64,000 nucleotides of DNA from positions 558,001 through 622,000 of the forward strand of contig QPMI01000477.1 of NCBI GenBank assembly GCA_004431415.1, written 5' to 3'. The position numbers and the translations under genes were made by a program. Under the pieces are notes generated by a model. That model was not told the DNA's origin. It did not search any database and saw nothing but the letters and a program-made list of their open reading frames with translations. This stretch comes from Cyanophora paradoxa CCMP329. Taxonomy: Eukaryota > Plantae > Glaucophyta. Shown piece after piece: positions 1 through 12,701 of the stretch; positions within the stretch are counted from its first letter, which is position 1, and the number at the start of each line of letters is the position of its first letter.

Positions 1-3000
1 GTAGGAGCTCCCCGCGTCCAGCACGAACGCGTCTCCCATGAAGATGGGGCGGTTGCCCCCGAGCACGATCGGCACGAGCGGCGACGGATCCACCTTGATC
101 AGCACCTGCAGAGGGCCTCAGCAACTGAAAGAAACAGCGACGCTGCAAGAGGCGCTACGGACCTCGTCGTACGAAGGCGAGACGAAGGGAGTCGGCGCCC
201 CAGGCACGCGGTATGAGACTTGCACACGGAATCGGTACGTCGTGAAGGGCGATAAGATGTTCTTCTCTATGAGCAGGTTGCTCTTGGAGAGCGATTTGAT
301 TTGCCGCGTGACGTCCGGGCGGTTCGGGCTCATGAGCGTCCAGCTGCGCAGGCCATCAGATACGAGCAAGCGAAATCGGGAACCGCCAAAGCGCGCACTT
401 GAAATCCAGCGTGCGGAGGTCGTTCAAGCATGCGGAGAGGTTGGCGCGGGCGACAACGTTGACCTGCTGCGGCCGCAGCGTGGTGACGTTCTTGGCGCCG
501 CGAATGTACACCACCGGGAAGTCCTGGTTGATCTTGGAGAGCTGTGCGAGAGTAGCCGAAATAAGCGAAAGTATGCAAGAGGACAAATGCAGAAAAGCGA
601 ACGGGAATCGGGACGAAGTCGGACGACTGGTTGAACTTGTTCGTGAGGTTCAGGCGGACCAAAAAGTTCATCGGGATCGAGTCGTGCGTTGGCAGCTGCT
701 GCGGCAGGATCGTGATGCGCCGCGCGTTGACGCCCCTCAGCATCGCGGTAAGCTGCGAGGCCGGGTGCGGTCAGGCGGGATCCGCATGGGCGCAGCGATC
801 AAGCGCACGTTCTGCATCTGGCGGGTGTAGAAGACCGACGCCTTGATGAGCGTCGCGGTCGTGTTGTCGCCCGCCAGAATCTGCCACTCCCACTTGCGCC
901 ACGCGAAGGGCCCGGAGCCCCGCGAGTCGCCTCCGTCGTACGTGATGACATCGCACTGGCCGGCCACGATAGGACCCTGCGTTGCGCATTCGCATCAGGG
1001 GCTCCAGAACGGAACCGGTGCGACCTCGAGGCAAGCGGCAGCACGCACCACGAGGACGACGGTGACCTGCGGGAGGAAGCGCGCGCGGATGCGGATCGTG
1101 CTGTTCGAGGTGAACGAGTTCTCGAAGAAGGTCATGATGGAGAAGCGGTTGTCGTCGCGCGTGGTCAGCTCGCGGTTGACGGGCGGGTCGGCGTCCTCGC
1201 CGATGAACCCGAGCGAGATGACGAGGCGCTTGTTGGAGATCCACGAGCACTTCGACTCCGTCGCGTCCGTGGGGCCCCCGAGGAAGGAGACGTCCTTGAA
1301 CATGTACGCGCAGCTGAATAGGCCCTCGAGGTAGCGCCCGTCGTAGATGCCGCGGTTCGTGTCGAAGTCGAACTCGACGACGACCTGCTTGCCGAGCTCG
1401 TCCAGCGTCGCGGACAGCATCTGCGGGGCGGGCGCTGCAGGGGGCGTGTCAGAACGCTGCCGCGATCGGGTTCAACGTAGCCGGACGCACCGCGCTGGAT
1501 GTTGATGCGGAAGTCTCGGATGCCGACGTTGGGGCTGTAGATGGACGTGAAGGTCGAAGTGACCGCCTCGAGGTACTCGATGACGGGCAGGCCGTTCACG
1601 GGCGCGTTGCCATTCGCATCCACCAGCCACGCGCGCAGGATGTACACGCCGGCCTTCATGAACTGGTACCGCACGCCGTACGTGCCGTCCAGGTTGTCGG
1701 TGATGAAGATGTCCGTGTTGTTGAAGCCGGGCACGTCGCGGCCCGCGACCCGCGTGATCAGCTCCGCCGTGATGACGAACACGTCGCCGCCGGCCGTGCG
1801 GTTGTTGCCGAAGCGATCGCGCGAGCGGATGGTGAAAAGCGAGTTGAAGCTGGCGACGCCCGACGTGAGACCCGTCCCGTAGGCGATGCAGGCGCGCGCG
1901 TCGGCGGGCGCCGGGTTGACGAGGATGGTGTAGACGCCGTTGTACGTCGTGCTCGTGGGCGTCTCGCCGTCGTCCAGGAGCTCCGTGTTGTTGCCGACGG
2001 GGAGGAAGGGCCCCGCGCCGCTCACGCGGCCGGTGATGTTCAGGACGTACGTGCCCGCGCGGCTGAGGCGGAACCGGAAGCGGTAGAGGCCCGTGTCCGT
2101 GATCTCGAAGGGGGCGCCGAGCTCGGGGAACTGGGGGTCCCGGTCGATATCAAAGACGTGCTGCGAGGGGACCGGGATGGGCGTGCTGGGGTTGAGCGGC
2201 TGGATGAAAATGTAGAAATTGTCGCCGCGGGTGAGCCGCAGGTTGCCGAACCGGTCGCGCGCCTCGATGGTGAAGTTGGACCACTCGCCCGCAGTCGACT
2301 GGATGATGCCCACGTCGACGCGGTCCTCGCCCGTGATGGTCGACCAGAGCGGGTCGGTCGGGGCGGGCAGGACGTCGATCAGGAACGGGCTCCCGATGAC
2401 GGGCGTGCCGCGCACGGCCGCCGTGAGGCGGTACTGCCCGCTCCGCGTGATGGTGTACGAGTACAAGCCGAGGCCCTGGTTGAAGTTGTAGAAGTCGTTG
2501 CGGATGAAGCGCTGCGAGCCGGAGTCGCGGGCGGTCATGTTGGTCGCGATGAGGCCTGGGCGGTCCGGCGTGCCTACGATGGTCCGCTGCAGCGCCGTGT
2601 CGGCGTATCTCGTGTCCGTCTTGATGTTCCCGAAGCGGTCGCGGAACTCGACGACGTAGAACGACAGCGCCCCCGCGACGGAGCGCTTCAGGTTGTCGAA
2701 GGTCGGGTCCACGTCCTGCGAGTCCGAGACGGAGATGAACTTCGGGTTGGTCGGGTTGGGCCGGTTCGTGAGCAGCGTGCCGCGGGCCGTGCACGAGGGC
2801 GGGTGGAGCTCGTCGGGGATGACGAGCATCGAGACGCGGCCGTTCTGGATTGTGATCCGGTCCATGGTCGCGTTGCCGAACTGGACGTTCATCACGTAGC
2901 GCCCGGCGCGGGTGATGTTGTAGTGCACGAGGTACTTGTTGCCCACGGTGCGCTGCTCGAAGATGTCGCCGGCCTTCATGCCCAGCGCCGTCTGCAGGGT

Positions 3001-6000
3001 GTTCGGGTTGAGCGTGACGACCACGGGGCCGAACGGCCCGGGCAGGATGGACGTCGCCGGACGACGCTCGATGGTCGGCCCAGCGGGCGAACGCGGCTGG
3101 GGGAAGTCGATGTCGACGGTTGTCGCGTCTTGGAAGAAGATGGTGAAGTAGTCGTACTTGGGGTGACCCGGCTGCTGCGCCCGCCTGATGTTCCTGAAAC
3201 GATCCCGAACCTGGATTTCGTACGGGGTCTGGCGACCGGCGACGATGCCCCTAGCCACCGTCAGGGTCCGCAGATCCGTCGTCGAGATAAGGCACTCCAG
3301 CGGGGCGGTGGCGGCGGGCTCGATGATGACTGGGCGCCACGGGCTGCTCTTGATGTGCATGCCGCCCGCGGTGATGCTGAGCGTGTAGTTGCCCGCGCGG
3401 GTGATCGACGTCGAGCGCACGTAGTAGGAGCCGTCGTTGTTGTCCACGACCCCGCCGTTGGCGAGGGTGCCGCGGTAGCGCGCGAAGCCGTCGAGCGCCC
3501 AGCGGAAGTCGTCGCCGCCCTTCTCAATGCGGCGCCCGTTCACGTCGTACGCAATGATCTGGAGCTCATACGGCTCGCCCGCCACGCTGCCCACGAGGCC
3601 AGAGCCCGTGGCGATGCACTTGGACGGGTCCATAGCAGCTGCGAGGAGAATTAGAATAGCTCGCAACGTCATTCGAAAGAACGGGCCACGCACAGTACCA
3701 CAACCGCGCGCCATCCACCTCGGCCGAGTAGAGCGTGTTGTTCGAGCCGGGGTCGTTCGACACGAGCAGGTAGATCATCAAGATCTGGTCCCAAGTGGGC
3801 GCGTACGAGAGGACGAGCTCGCCGTGCATGAAGTGGGTGCAGGGCACGTTGCCCGTGACGGGCGAGCAGATGGCCGAGACCGCGCGCTTCAGGTTGAGCA
3901 TCTTCGGCGTGTTCGGGTCCACCTTCCAGATCGGGTCACGGAACCAGACCGTGAGCGTGTCCAGCGCGCCGAAGTTGGAGCCGCTGATGCGGATGGGGAC
4001 GTCCGGAATGTTGCGCGGGATGCTGAACGGGTCGATGCTGCGAATGACGGGCGGCTGGCGCGGATCTGCAGACGAGTCAGCAACCACGTATCGTAAAAGA
4101 ACGAGGCCGGCCCACCGTAAATGTTCAAGGGGACGCCGTTCATTGAAAATTGCTGCCCGTTGAGACCGACCTCGACGGCCCAGTCGCCGACGGGAAGCGG
4201 GGGGACGTTGCAGCTGATGACGGCGTCCACCTGGTTGCCGGAGATGTCGAGGATCTGTGTAACCGTCGCCTCCGTGATGGCCAGGCCCGGCCCCGGAACG
4301 TAGGTGGACTCGTCAAACTCGTTGAAGGTCACGCGCGGCCCGAACTTGCACTTGACCTCCCCCGTATCCACGAAGCTGTGCCCCAGGTCGGAACTTGGAG
4401 CGGAAAGCATAAATATAAGAAGCTGCGCACCGGTTGCCGTACACCGTGAGCGCAGTGCCCGACGTGTCGTTCAGGTTTGTGCCGTCGACGGTGAGCACTG
4501 TAGGGCTAATGCGGGACACCATGATCGGGCCATCTGCGCGGCGCGTCAGGTCCAGGGCAACGCAGACATGCGCCGGCGCGCCGCACCGAAGTACTGCCAA
4601 ATAGCTTCGCCGTACACCGTCTGCTGTCCGTTGAGCGAGACGCCCATCGCGGACTCGAGGGAGCCGCCGGACTGCGGGCTGGTGCACGTGATCGTGTAAT
4701 TGTTGACCACAATCGCCGGCGTCAGGGCGCCAAAGTCCAGGTACTCCGTGGGCGGCAGGACGGTGTCCGGGTCGGGAATGTCGAACTCCGGATCGGGGAA
4801 GATGGCGGGCCACACGCAGTACGCCTCGCTGGAGGGGCGTGAGCGACCGAAATTTCCGAGGGGGTCGTTCGCAGCGCGAACCCGGTGTTGACGAAGCGGG
4901 TGCCCGTGATGGTGACGTTCGTGCCTCCTCCCGTCGGTCCCGAGCGGGGATCGATGGCAAGCACCTCGAAGAACGGGTCTGCAGGCGGTTCAGCACACGA
5001 AAGCACTCAACATTGCGAACGGAGCGGACCGTAGAACAGGAAGGTCTGCCCCGAGTTCGTGAACTCGATCCCGTTCAGGGAAATTTCGAAGGAGACGAGG
5101 CCCTGGACCTTGACCGGCGCCGACGTGCACTGGATCGTCAGGTCGTCTATGACAGTCGCCGGCACGAGCATCGTGTCGAAGCGACAGTATGGCCGGACGA
5201 GGGGGTTGACGGCCGAGCCGCTGGGCGTGTAGTAGCCCGCGAGGCCATCCGGCCGCAGGTTCGAGTAGACCGTGACCGTCGTCCTGTCGATGTCGAAAGC
5301 GAAGCCGTTGGGGCCCGAGCGCGGCGAGATGCTCGAGATGTTGATGCGCTTGTCTGCGGCAGGCAGTAAGGAAACGCAGGCGGCGGTGGAACGAAGAAAC
5401 CCGGCGATGCGCACCGACATACTGGTACAGCTTGCGACTCTGCGTGTAGAACTGGCCGTCGAGCGAGACCTCGACGACGACTTGGCGCGAGGTCATCTCG
5501 TCCGGAAGCACTGGCGACGGGCAGATGAGCGTCGCGTAGTCGGTGCCCAGGCCGCGGTTCTCGGGGCTGTATGTGGCCGGGGTGAAGCGATCGCCGACGC
5601 GAATGATGCCCAGGATCTGGCCACGGTCCTCGTTGCCGATAGACCAGCGGCAAGTGAGGTAGTCCGTCGGGATGTAGCCGCGGCCGGTGATGTTGACGAC
5701 GGTGTTTCCTGCCGTGAGACCCGCGGACGGGTTGATGTACACGACGTTCGTGACGTTGGGGTAAACGATGAAGTTCGGGTTCTGCGTCGTGAACTGCTGC
5801 CTGTTGTACGAGATCTGCAGCTTCAGCGTGTAGTAGCGCTTGCGGAAGGGCCCGGGCGCGTCCGGATTCGGTACGTCGAACTTCGGCGTGATGCACGTTA
5901 TGTACAGCGACCCGTCCGGTCGTTTGCGCATGTTGCCGTCGACGAGGTAACGCATGTTGGGGACAGCGCCGGGCGGGTCCTCGATCCCGAACTCGGTCTG

Positions 6001-9000
6001 GTAGTCGATCCAGCGGCACGAGACGTTGTTCTCCGGCGTCCACCGCGTGCGGGCGATGCCGTTGTCGCCGACGATCTCGACGTTGTTGGTGTAGTTGCCG
6101 ACCAGGAAATCGAGGGAGGAGCCCTTCCACGATTCGACGTCCAGCAGGTTCGTGCCCGACATGGAGATGTTGTTCCCGCCGTCGCCCGTGCCGACGTTGG
6201 GGGTGACGGTGCCCAGCGTGGGCTCGGGGTAGAAGAAGTAGTCGACCATCACGTCCGCCGGCTCCGAGGACCAGAAGACGCTGTTCATCGACACGTCCAG
6301 CTTGGCGCGTACGGTGCCGTTCCGAACGTCGGCGATGTTGGGCGAGACGCAGGTGAGGCGGTCGTTGCTCAGGACGAAAACGGGGGTGCGCCGGTCGTCC
6401 TGGATGAAGGTCGTGACCGTCGCGAGGTCGTACACGTTGGAGCAGTCGTCCAGCGTCCGGCACAAACGCCAGCGGCAGGCCTTGCCCTGCGCCGACTGCC
6501 GGAAGTTGGACCCGCTGACGGTGACGACCGTGCCGCCCGTGTTGTAGCCGAGGTTGGGCCCCGCGCCGCCTCCCGTGACGTTGCCGAGGACCTCGTAGCG
6601 GATGCGGTTGACGGAGAAGTAGACGTCGTCCACGGAGACCTCGAGCGTCGTGTTCACGGACGACAAGCGCACCTCCGACGCCGGGAACATCGGCGCGCGG
6701 CAGATGATCTCGGTCGGGCTGACCCAGGTGACGTAGTCAGGGCCCCAGACCTTGCGCTCGAAGCGCCCGTCGTCGATGGCCATGTTGTTCTCCATGGTCG
6801 AGCGCCAGCGGCACGTCAGCTGCGGCGTGTTGACGAAGCCGAAGCCCCTGACCGTGATGCGCAGCGGCTCCGGCTCGCGGTCGCCCTCCCAGTACATGCC
6901 AGAGTCGGGGAACACGCTCGTGACGACGGGCAGGTAGTAGAACAGCTTCCCGTCGGTCGTGAACTGCTGCCCATTGAGGCCGACCTCGCCCGTGACGAAG
7001 CCCGCGTAGATGCGCGCGGGCAGCGTGAAGAGGACGGAGTACGCGTTGACGGTGTTGTCCAGGAACACGACCCCCGTGGAGTTCAGGAGGGTGTCGGTGT
7101 AGTTGCTGGGCGGGCCCAGGTTGACGATGATCTCCTCAGTCTCAACGAAGTTGAAGCCCTGCGCCGTGATGGAGACGCCGCCGTTCGCCGGGCCGAAAGA
7201 CGGGATGAAGCCCGTCGTGCGCACGGGTGTCTCTGCGCGCTCTCAAGTCAAAACGGGTGTCGCCGCAGTGGCGCAGGAGGAGCCGCACGGTAGAAGAGGA
7301 AGGGCTGTGTCGCAGCGTTCGAGAACTGCTGGTTGTTGAGGGAGACGTCGAAGAAGACGGGGAAAGGGTTCGGGGCCGGCGGCGCGTCGACGGGCGGGGA
7401 GGTACAGGTCAACGTCGTCGACTCGCACTGCGGGTTGGACGCCGGGCACTGCCGCGCGGCGAGGTCTGTCAGCGCGTGCAAGATCGCGCTCTGCACGAAA
7501 GGCGACGCACAACGACGGTCGCGTTGGCGAGGCCGAGCTCTCCGAACCGGCAGACCGACTCGGTGAAAACTGTGGGCAGGAAGTTCTGGCCCGTCACTGA
7601 TATGAACGTCTCTCCGGTGTTCGGTCCTGATCTGGGCTTCATGAACGACACGGTCGTAGGGTCCCCTGTGTGAAGGTTAGGCAAGCCACACAAGAGCGGA
7701 TTCTGCGCCGGGGCGCACGGAAGAAGATGAAGGGGAGGCTGTTGTTGTAGATCTGGGTGTCGAGCGAGAGCTGGACGGAGCTGATCGCGGTGGTGAACGT
7801 CCGGTCGGAGACGGACGGCGTGACGCAGATGACGCCGCCCGTCGCGTCGTCGAACGTGCCCTGGGAGACCTTCGTATCGTCCGCCGGGCTGCCGAACGTG
7901 CCGAAGCGGCACGTCGTGTTGACAGTGCGGACGAGGCCCACGCCCAGTATCAGGATGCGGGTGTTGCCCGAATTCAAGCCCGAGCCGGGGATGACCCGCG
8001 TGATGTACACGGGCAAATCTGCAGCAGCAAGTTAGGTTAGGGAAGGCGGCGCAGGGCGGTGGCGGGGCATGGGGAGCAAGGGGCCGCACTGTAGTACTGC
8101 CACGTGAGGCCGCTGAGGGTGTACTGCTGGCCGTTGAGCGCCACGTCCAAGGGGTACGACCCGTTACGGCCCGTCGGCGACGGCGGCGCGTACACGAAGA
8201 TGGTGAGGAAGTTGAGGCCCAGCATGTCCAGCCCCGTGTAGATGCCGGGGGAAGTCGAGTTGAAAGTGTACCCCCGGCCGGGAGGGGGGAAGCCAACTTG
8301 GATCTCCCCCGTCTCCGTGAAGTTGTACCCGAACAGCGTCACACGGTTGCCACCCAACACCGAGCCCACATAGATGTTCGCCCGAACGAGCACGACAGGG
8401 GCAGCTGCGCAGCAGTCGGTTAGAACCACAGGCAAGAGTGCGAACGGGGAAGGGGGCGGCGGCGGCGGCGGGGCCGCGGGGGAAGGGGGGGGGGGGGGGG
8501 GAACGGGGGGGAGGGGGTACTGCCGGTCGCACCATAGAAAGTGAAGTTGAACAGGAGGGGGTACCGGGAGACGCCGTCGAGGGCGATGGAGACGTCAGAT
8601 AGGGTCTTGCCGAGGCGGTACATGAAGCCGATGCTCGGCGTGTTGCACTGGACGAAGCGGTTCGGGGAAGACGGGACGAGAGCGCCGTCCACGGGAATGC
8701 CGGGGTAGCCCGTGATGTTGAACCAGACCTTGATGCCGCTGAGCTGCGTGGTCACGATGGGCAGCTGAGAGCCGTACATCGACAAGACGGTGGCGCCCGT
8801 GCTGGGGCCCGTCCGGGGGGTCATCTTCCAGATGAGGTCTGCGCGGGCCGGCTCAGGAAAACGAAAGGAAAAGAAAGGAAGGAAAGGAAGGAAGGAAGGA
8901 AAGGTCACCGTCCGTGGTGGCGTGGAGGAAGGAGAGGCTGCCGTCGAAGGTCAAGGGGATGTCCGTGGTGATGTTGCGCGTGGCGGGCTGCAGGCCGATG

Positions 9001-10092
9001 CCCTTGATGCGCTCGCGCCCCAGGCCGGCCCCCGTCTGGATGGACGTCGTCAGGAAGAGCGGCTTGCCCGAGACGGGGTCCGTCGGGTCCACGGCCTGGA
9101 CGTAGAGACCCGAGTACTCGTCGTCGATGTTGGCCCAGAAGCTCGGCACGCCCGTGTTGAGGTCCAGGTACACGACCTGGTTCGTGCCGTTCACGATCTG
9201 GGCGAACAGGTTGCCGGTCACCTCGTCGAACTTGAGCATGCTGATCGACGGCGTGACTACGCTGGTCGAGACGGCGGTGATGTTGCTCTTAATGTCCGTC
9301 GTGACGAGGTACGAGGGGTAAGAGTTGGACACCGCGTCGAAGCTCGAGGCATCAACGAGGATGGAGAAGTAGCGGCCCGTGTTTACGTCGAAGGCCGAGA
9401 GGCCGGGCTTCACGTACTTGAGCGACAGGTTCGGCCGCGGCGTCGGCGTGAGCGACGCCATCAGCGCCCCGTTGTACCGCACATACTCGCGGTAGGCGCC
9501 CGTCGTGGGGTCCACCTCCACCAGAATGATGTCGTCCTGGTTGTACGCCACGCCATAGAGCTTCCCCGTGCTGGCGATCTCGAACGAGGACACCGCATAG
9601 GGGAACTCTGGCGGCGTGGAGCTGCCGCCCTCGTTCCAGGTGTCCGAGGACGTAACCTGCCCGCCAAAGGACTTCAGTTGGGGCCGCCCGCAGGGCGCGG
9701 CGCGCAGAGCTTAGCTACGAGCCGCACGGACCCTAGATAAGGCAAAGTTCTCTGGCCGGGACTGCACTGTCCGCAGCATGTGCTGATCCGCGGAGAAGGA
9801 CGCGGTGCCGAGGATCATAGCTGTAAGCTCCGGGAGCGCAACGATAGGGATCACATCGCCTGTATACCGGTTGATGAGGACCCATTTGCTCTCTCCTCTC
9901 ACGTTTGCGACACCGAAGAGCGCGCCTGCGCGGGGGCTCGGGTCAAGCACGAGTGCCAGCCTGTCCCGCGCCAGGGCTCCCGCTTGGAAGAAAGTGCGCA
10001 CCGGCATGCACGCGCGTGACCAGTACAGCTAAGAGCAGGCCGACGGCTAGCAGCAGGGCCGCGCGGGCACTGCTGCCAGCCGTTCGCCGCAT
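1..10092 (-). CDS. Very large secreted/surface protein: signal peptide, possible beta-propeller-like region, multiple IPT/TIG repeats, then filamin/ABP280 Ig repeats; multi-exon, 3' end runs off the window
   Basis: ATG at 10092 gives MRRTAGSSARAALLLAVGLLLAVL (signal-peptide-like). Exons at about 4100-8900 repeat IPT motifs (PRSGPTGGGTNVTITGTRF, VEVGLNGQQF, LEVSVDDVYF). ORF 1165-3714 repeats filamin motifs (TIEARDRFGNLR..GD.F, DNNDGSYYV, TRAGNYTLSI..G..I.SSP). Short GT-AG introns separate the ORF pieces. Confidence 0.85.
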
Positions 10093-10396
10093 TGCGGCGG
10101 ATCTGGACCGCTCACTATCGGTTCCCTGATATCAACATGCTGTTCTTGCGCAGCCTGACGCTACAGGCACCGCCCAGCTCGCGCCAGCAAGCTGTCGCCC
10201 GCTTGTTCCCGCTCGCCTGCAGCACGCCGGGAAGCTGCAGTACTTCTCTCTCTGAGGAAGCTGATGCAAAGGGCTCGCTCTGGGGCACACTCGGGGCGAG
10301 GAAGCGCGCGACGATCTGGGTACTGCAAATTTAGGCTAGATCTCGGGGGCGAGATCTGTCGGCCAGAGGTGGATACGAGTAGCCTCACGAGGCACG

Positions 10397-12512
10397 ATGG
10401 CGTTCGCATTCAGCACCCCCGCCTCCCCCGCCGCGCGCCGTGCGGCAATCTCTCTCGACGGACAGTGCTCGCCGGTCGCCCCCCAGCATGCCGGACGTAG
10501 CCATGAGCAGCCGAGCCCCGCTCGTATGCAGGCGCCCCGCCCCCGCGCGGCGGTCCCCCGGCGCTCGATCCTCCCGGCGAAGTCTTTCATGGGCTCCGGG
10601 CTGCGCCGCGACCTTGGCAGCGCGGAGACGTTCGCCTCGTACCTCAAGGATGTCTGCTGCCAGCTGACTGCCGACACCTCGTCCGCTGCGTCGTCCGGTT
10701 CGTCATTAACACTATGACGACGACGACGCGCGCGCGCGCGCGCGCGCTTCCCAGCTCGCCTCACCCCCTCTCCCGCAGGCGCGGGCGCGTTCCTCGATGA
10801 GCTCAGCAAGCGGGAGGGGGCGGGGCGCATCCCTGCCAAGGAGGCGAACATCCTGCGCGAGCTCCTCGTCTCGTACAGCAAGGCGCTCAAGCACGCCGGG
10901 AACGACGCGTTCGACAAGGAAGCCATGCTCATCCGCTACCTCGACCTCATCGAGCAGCAGGTCTCCAGCCCCCACAAGTTCGACAACTACCACCAGCAGG
11001 CCCGCCCGAGACGCGGCCGCGCCCTGACCGCCCCGCCCAGCGCCGCTCACGGCCGCCTCCCGCAGCTCCTGTCCCCGGTGGACTACTACAGCTTCGCCAA
11101 TGACTTCCTGCGCCCGCTTATCGACCGCCGGCACTCGTTCGTGAGCGGCAAGGACACCCTGGACCAGATGCAGGTCCGCGCAGGCCTCTGGCCTCGAGCG
11201 CGCGCAGCGGCGGCGCGCCCTGAGCTCGCTCGCTCGCAGTCGTGGCTCGCGGCGGGTCACAACGTCGTTCTCCTCGCCAACCACCAGAGCGAGGCTGACC
11301 CCGTGCGCCGCGCCGCGCCGCGCCGCGCCCGGGCGGCGGCTCCGGTCCTCGGCTGATCGAGCACGAGCAGGGCCTTCTGGCGCTCGTGACGGAGGGGCAC
11401 CTCCCCGAGGAGATGATCAAGAGCATGATCTTCATCGCCGGGGATCGCGTCCTCAGCGACCCGCTCATAGTGCCCTTCTCGCTGGGGCGCAACTGCCTCA
11501 CCGTCATCTCCAAGCGCCACCAGGTCCGATTCTCGTTACCTGAGGCGCGGTGCCCGCGGCTGAGACTCGGTCCAGGGCGATACCCCCGAGGAGCAGATGA
11601 AGGCCAAGGCCCACAACGCTGCCACGATGAAGAAGATGGGTACACAAAGCTTGCCGCGTTCCTCCTGGGAGGCGGACCTGACTTGCGCGCCCGCAGGTGA
11701 GCTGTTCGCGCGGGGCGGAAAGTGCGTGTACGTGGCGCCCAGCGGCGGGCGCGACCGGCCGGCCGCCGACAACGCGGCCTGGAAGACCGGCGACCCCGTC
11801 GAGGTCCGGCGCCCCCGTACCCCCAATCCTTCCGGCCCCCGGGTGCTGACTCGGAGGGGGTTACAGGTGCACGCCTTCGACCCCTCGAGCGTCGAGCTCT
11901 TCCGCATGGTCGGCCAGACCGAGGTGCGCGTACCCCCGCCCCGTCCCCCCGTCCCCCCGTCCCCCCGTTCCCGGGCTTGACGCACGTACCCCCCACCCCT
12001 GCCGCAGGGTCTGCCCCCCTGCCACTTCGTTCCCCTGGCGATGGACACGCACGACCTCATGCCGCCCCCGCGCACCGTCGAGGCCGCCCTCGTGCGCCCC
12101 GTACCCCTCCCGCCCGCTCCGCGCACCCTGTCCGACAATGCGGTACGCCAGGGCGAGCGGCGGGACGTGCACCACGTACCCGTCTGCCTCCACTACCTGC
12201 CGGAGGTCCCCCTCGGGACCCTCTTCGCGTGCGCTCGGGTTCGAATCCTGCGGGGCGCCTTTCTCTCTGACCGGGCGCGTGCAGGAGCGGCGAGGGCGCG
12301 CTTAAGGGCCGCGCGCTTCGCGAGGCGCGGGGCAAGCACGTCTGGGAGCAGGTGCGATCCAATTTGATCCGGGCGACGGAGCCCCAGGCCGCGCCGGCCC
12401 GCCTTGGCGTGACGCGCCCTCGTTTCCCGCTTGCTCGCAGGTGCGCGACGCGTACCTGCAAATGAAGGCGGAGCTTAAGGCCAAGGGGTACGTGCCTCCG
12501 GCGGACGACTGA
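10397..12512 (+). CDS. ATS1: Plastid glycerol-3-phosphate acyltransferase (soluble GPAT), multi-exon, with N-terminal transit peptide
   Basis: Catalytic HX4D motif VVLLANHQSEADP; IFIAGDRVLSDPLIVPFSLGRNCLTVISKRH; YVAPSGGRDRP; FVPLAMDTHDLMPPP. N-terminus MAFAFSTPAS is Ala/Ser-rich. Stop TGA at 12510-12512. Confidence 0.92.
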
Positions 12513-12701
12513 GCTGCTTCTGCTGTGGTTCGATGTTTAGGTATACGTAGCTGTAGCAGTTTCATGAGCTTTTGATTCGTGTGCCGCGGGCTTTTCTGTG
12601 GGTCTGTATCGCATCATTTTATAATTACTAGATAACGCCCCCCTCCGAGCTCTTTCCTGTTTGTTCGCGACCTTCGCATGACCATGTATCTTCTTTGAAG
12701 T

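Noticed and set aside
2158-7293. Long plus-strand ORFs (498 and 673 aa)
   Set aside because: They are antisense shadows of the GC3-rich minus-strand gene and carry no motifs.
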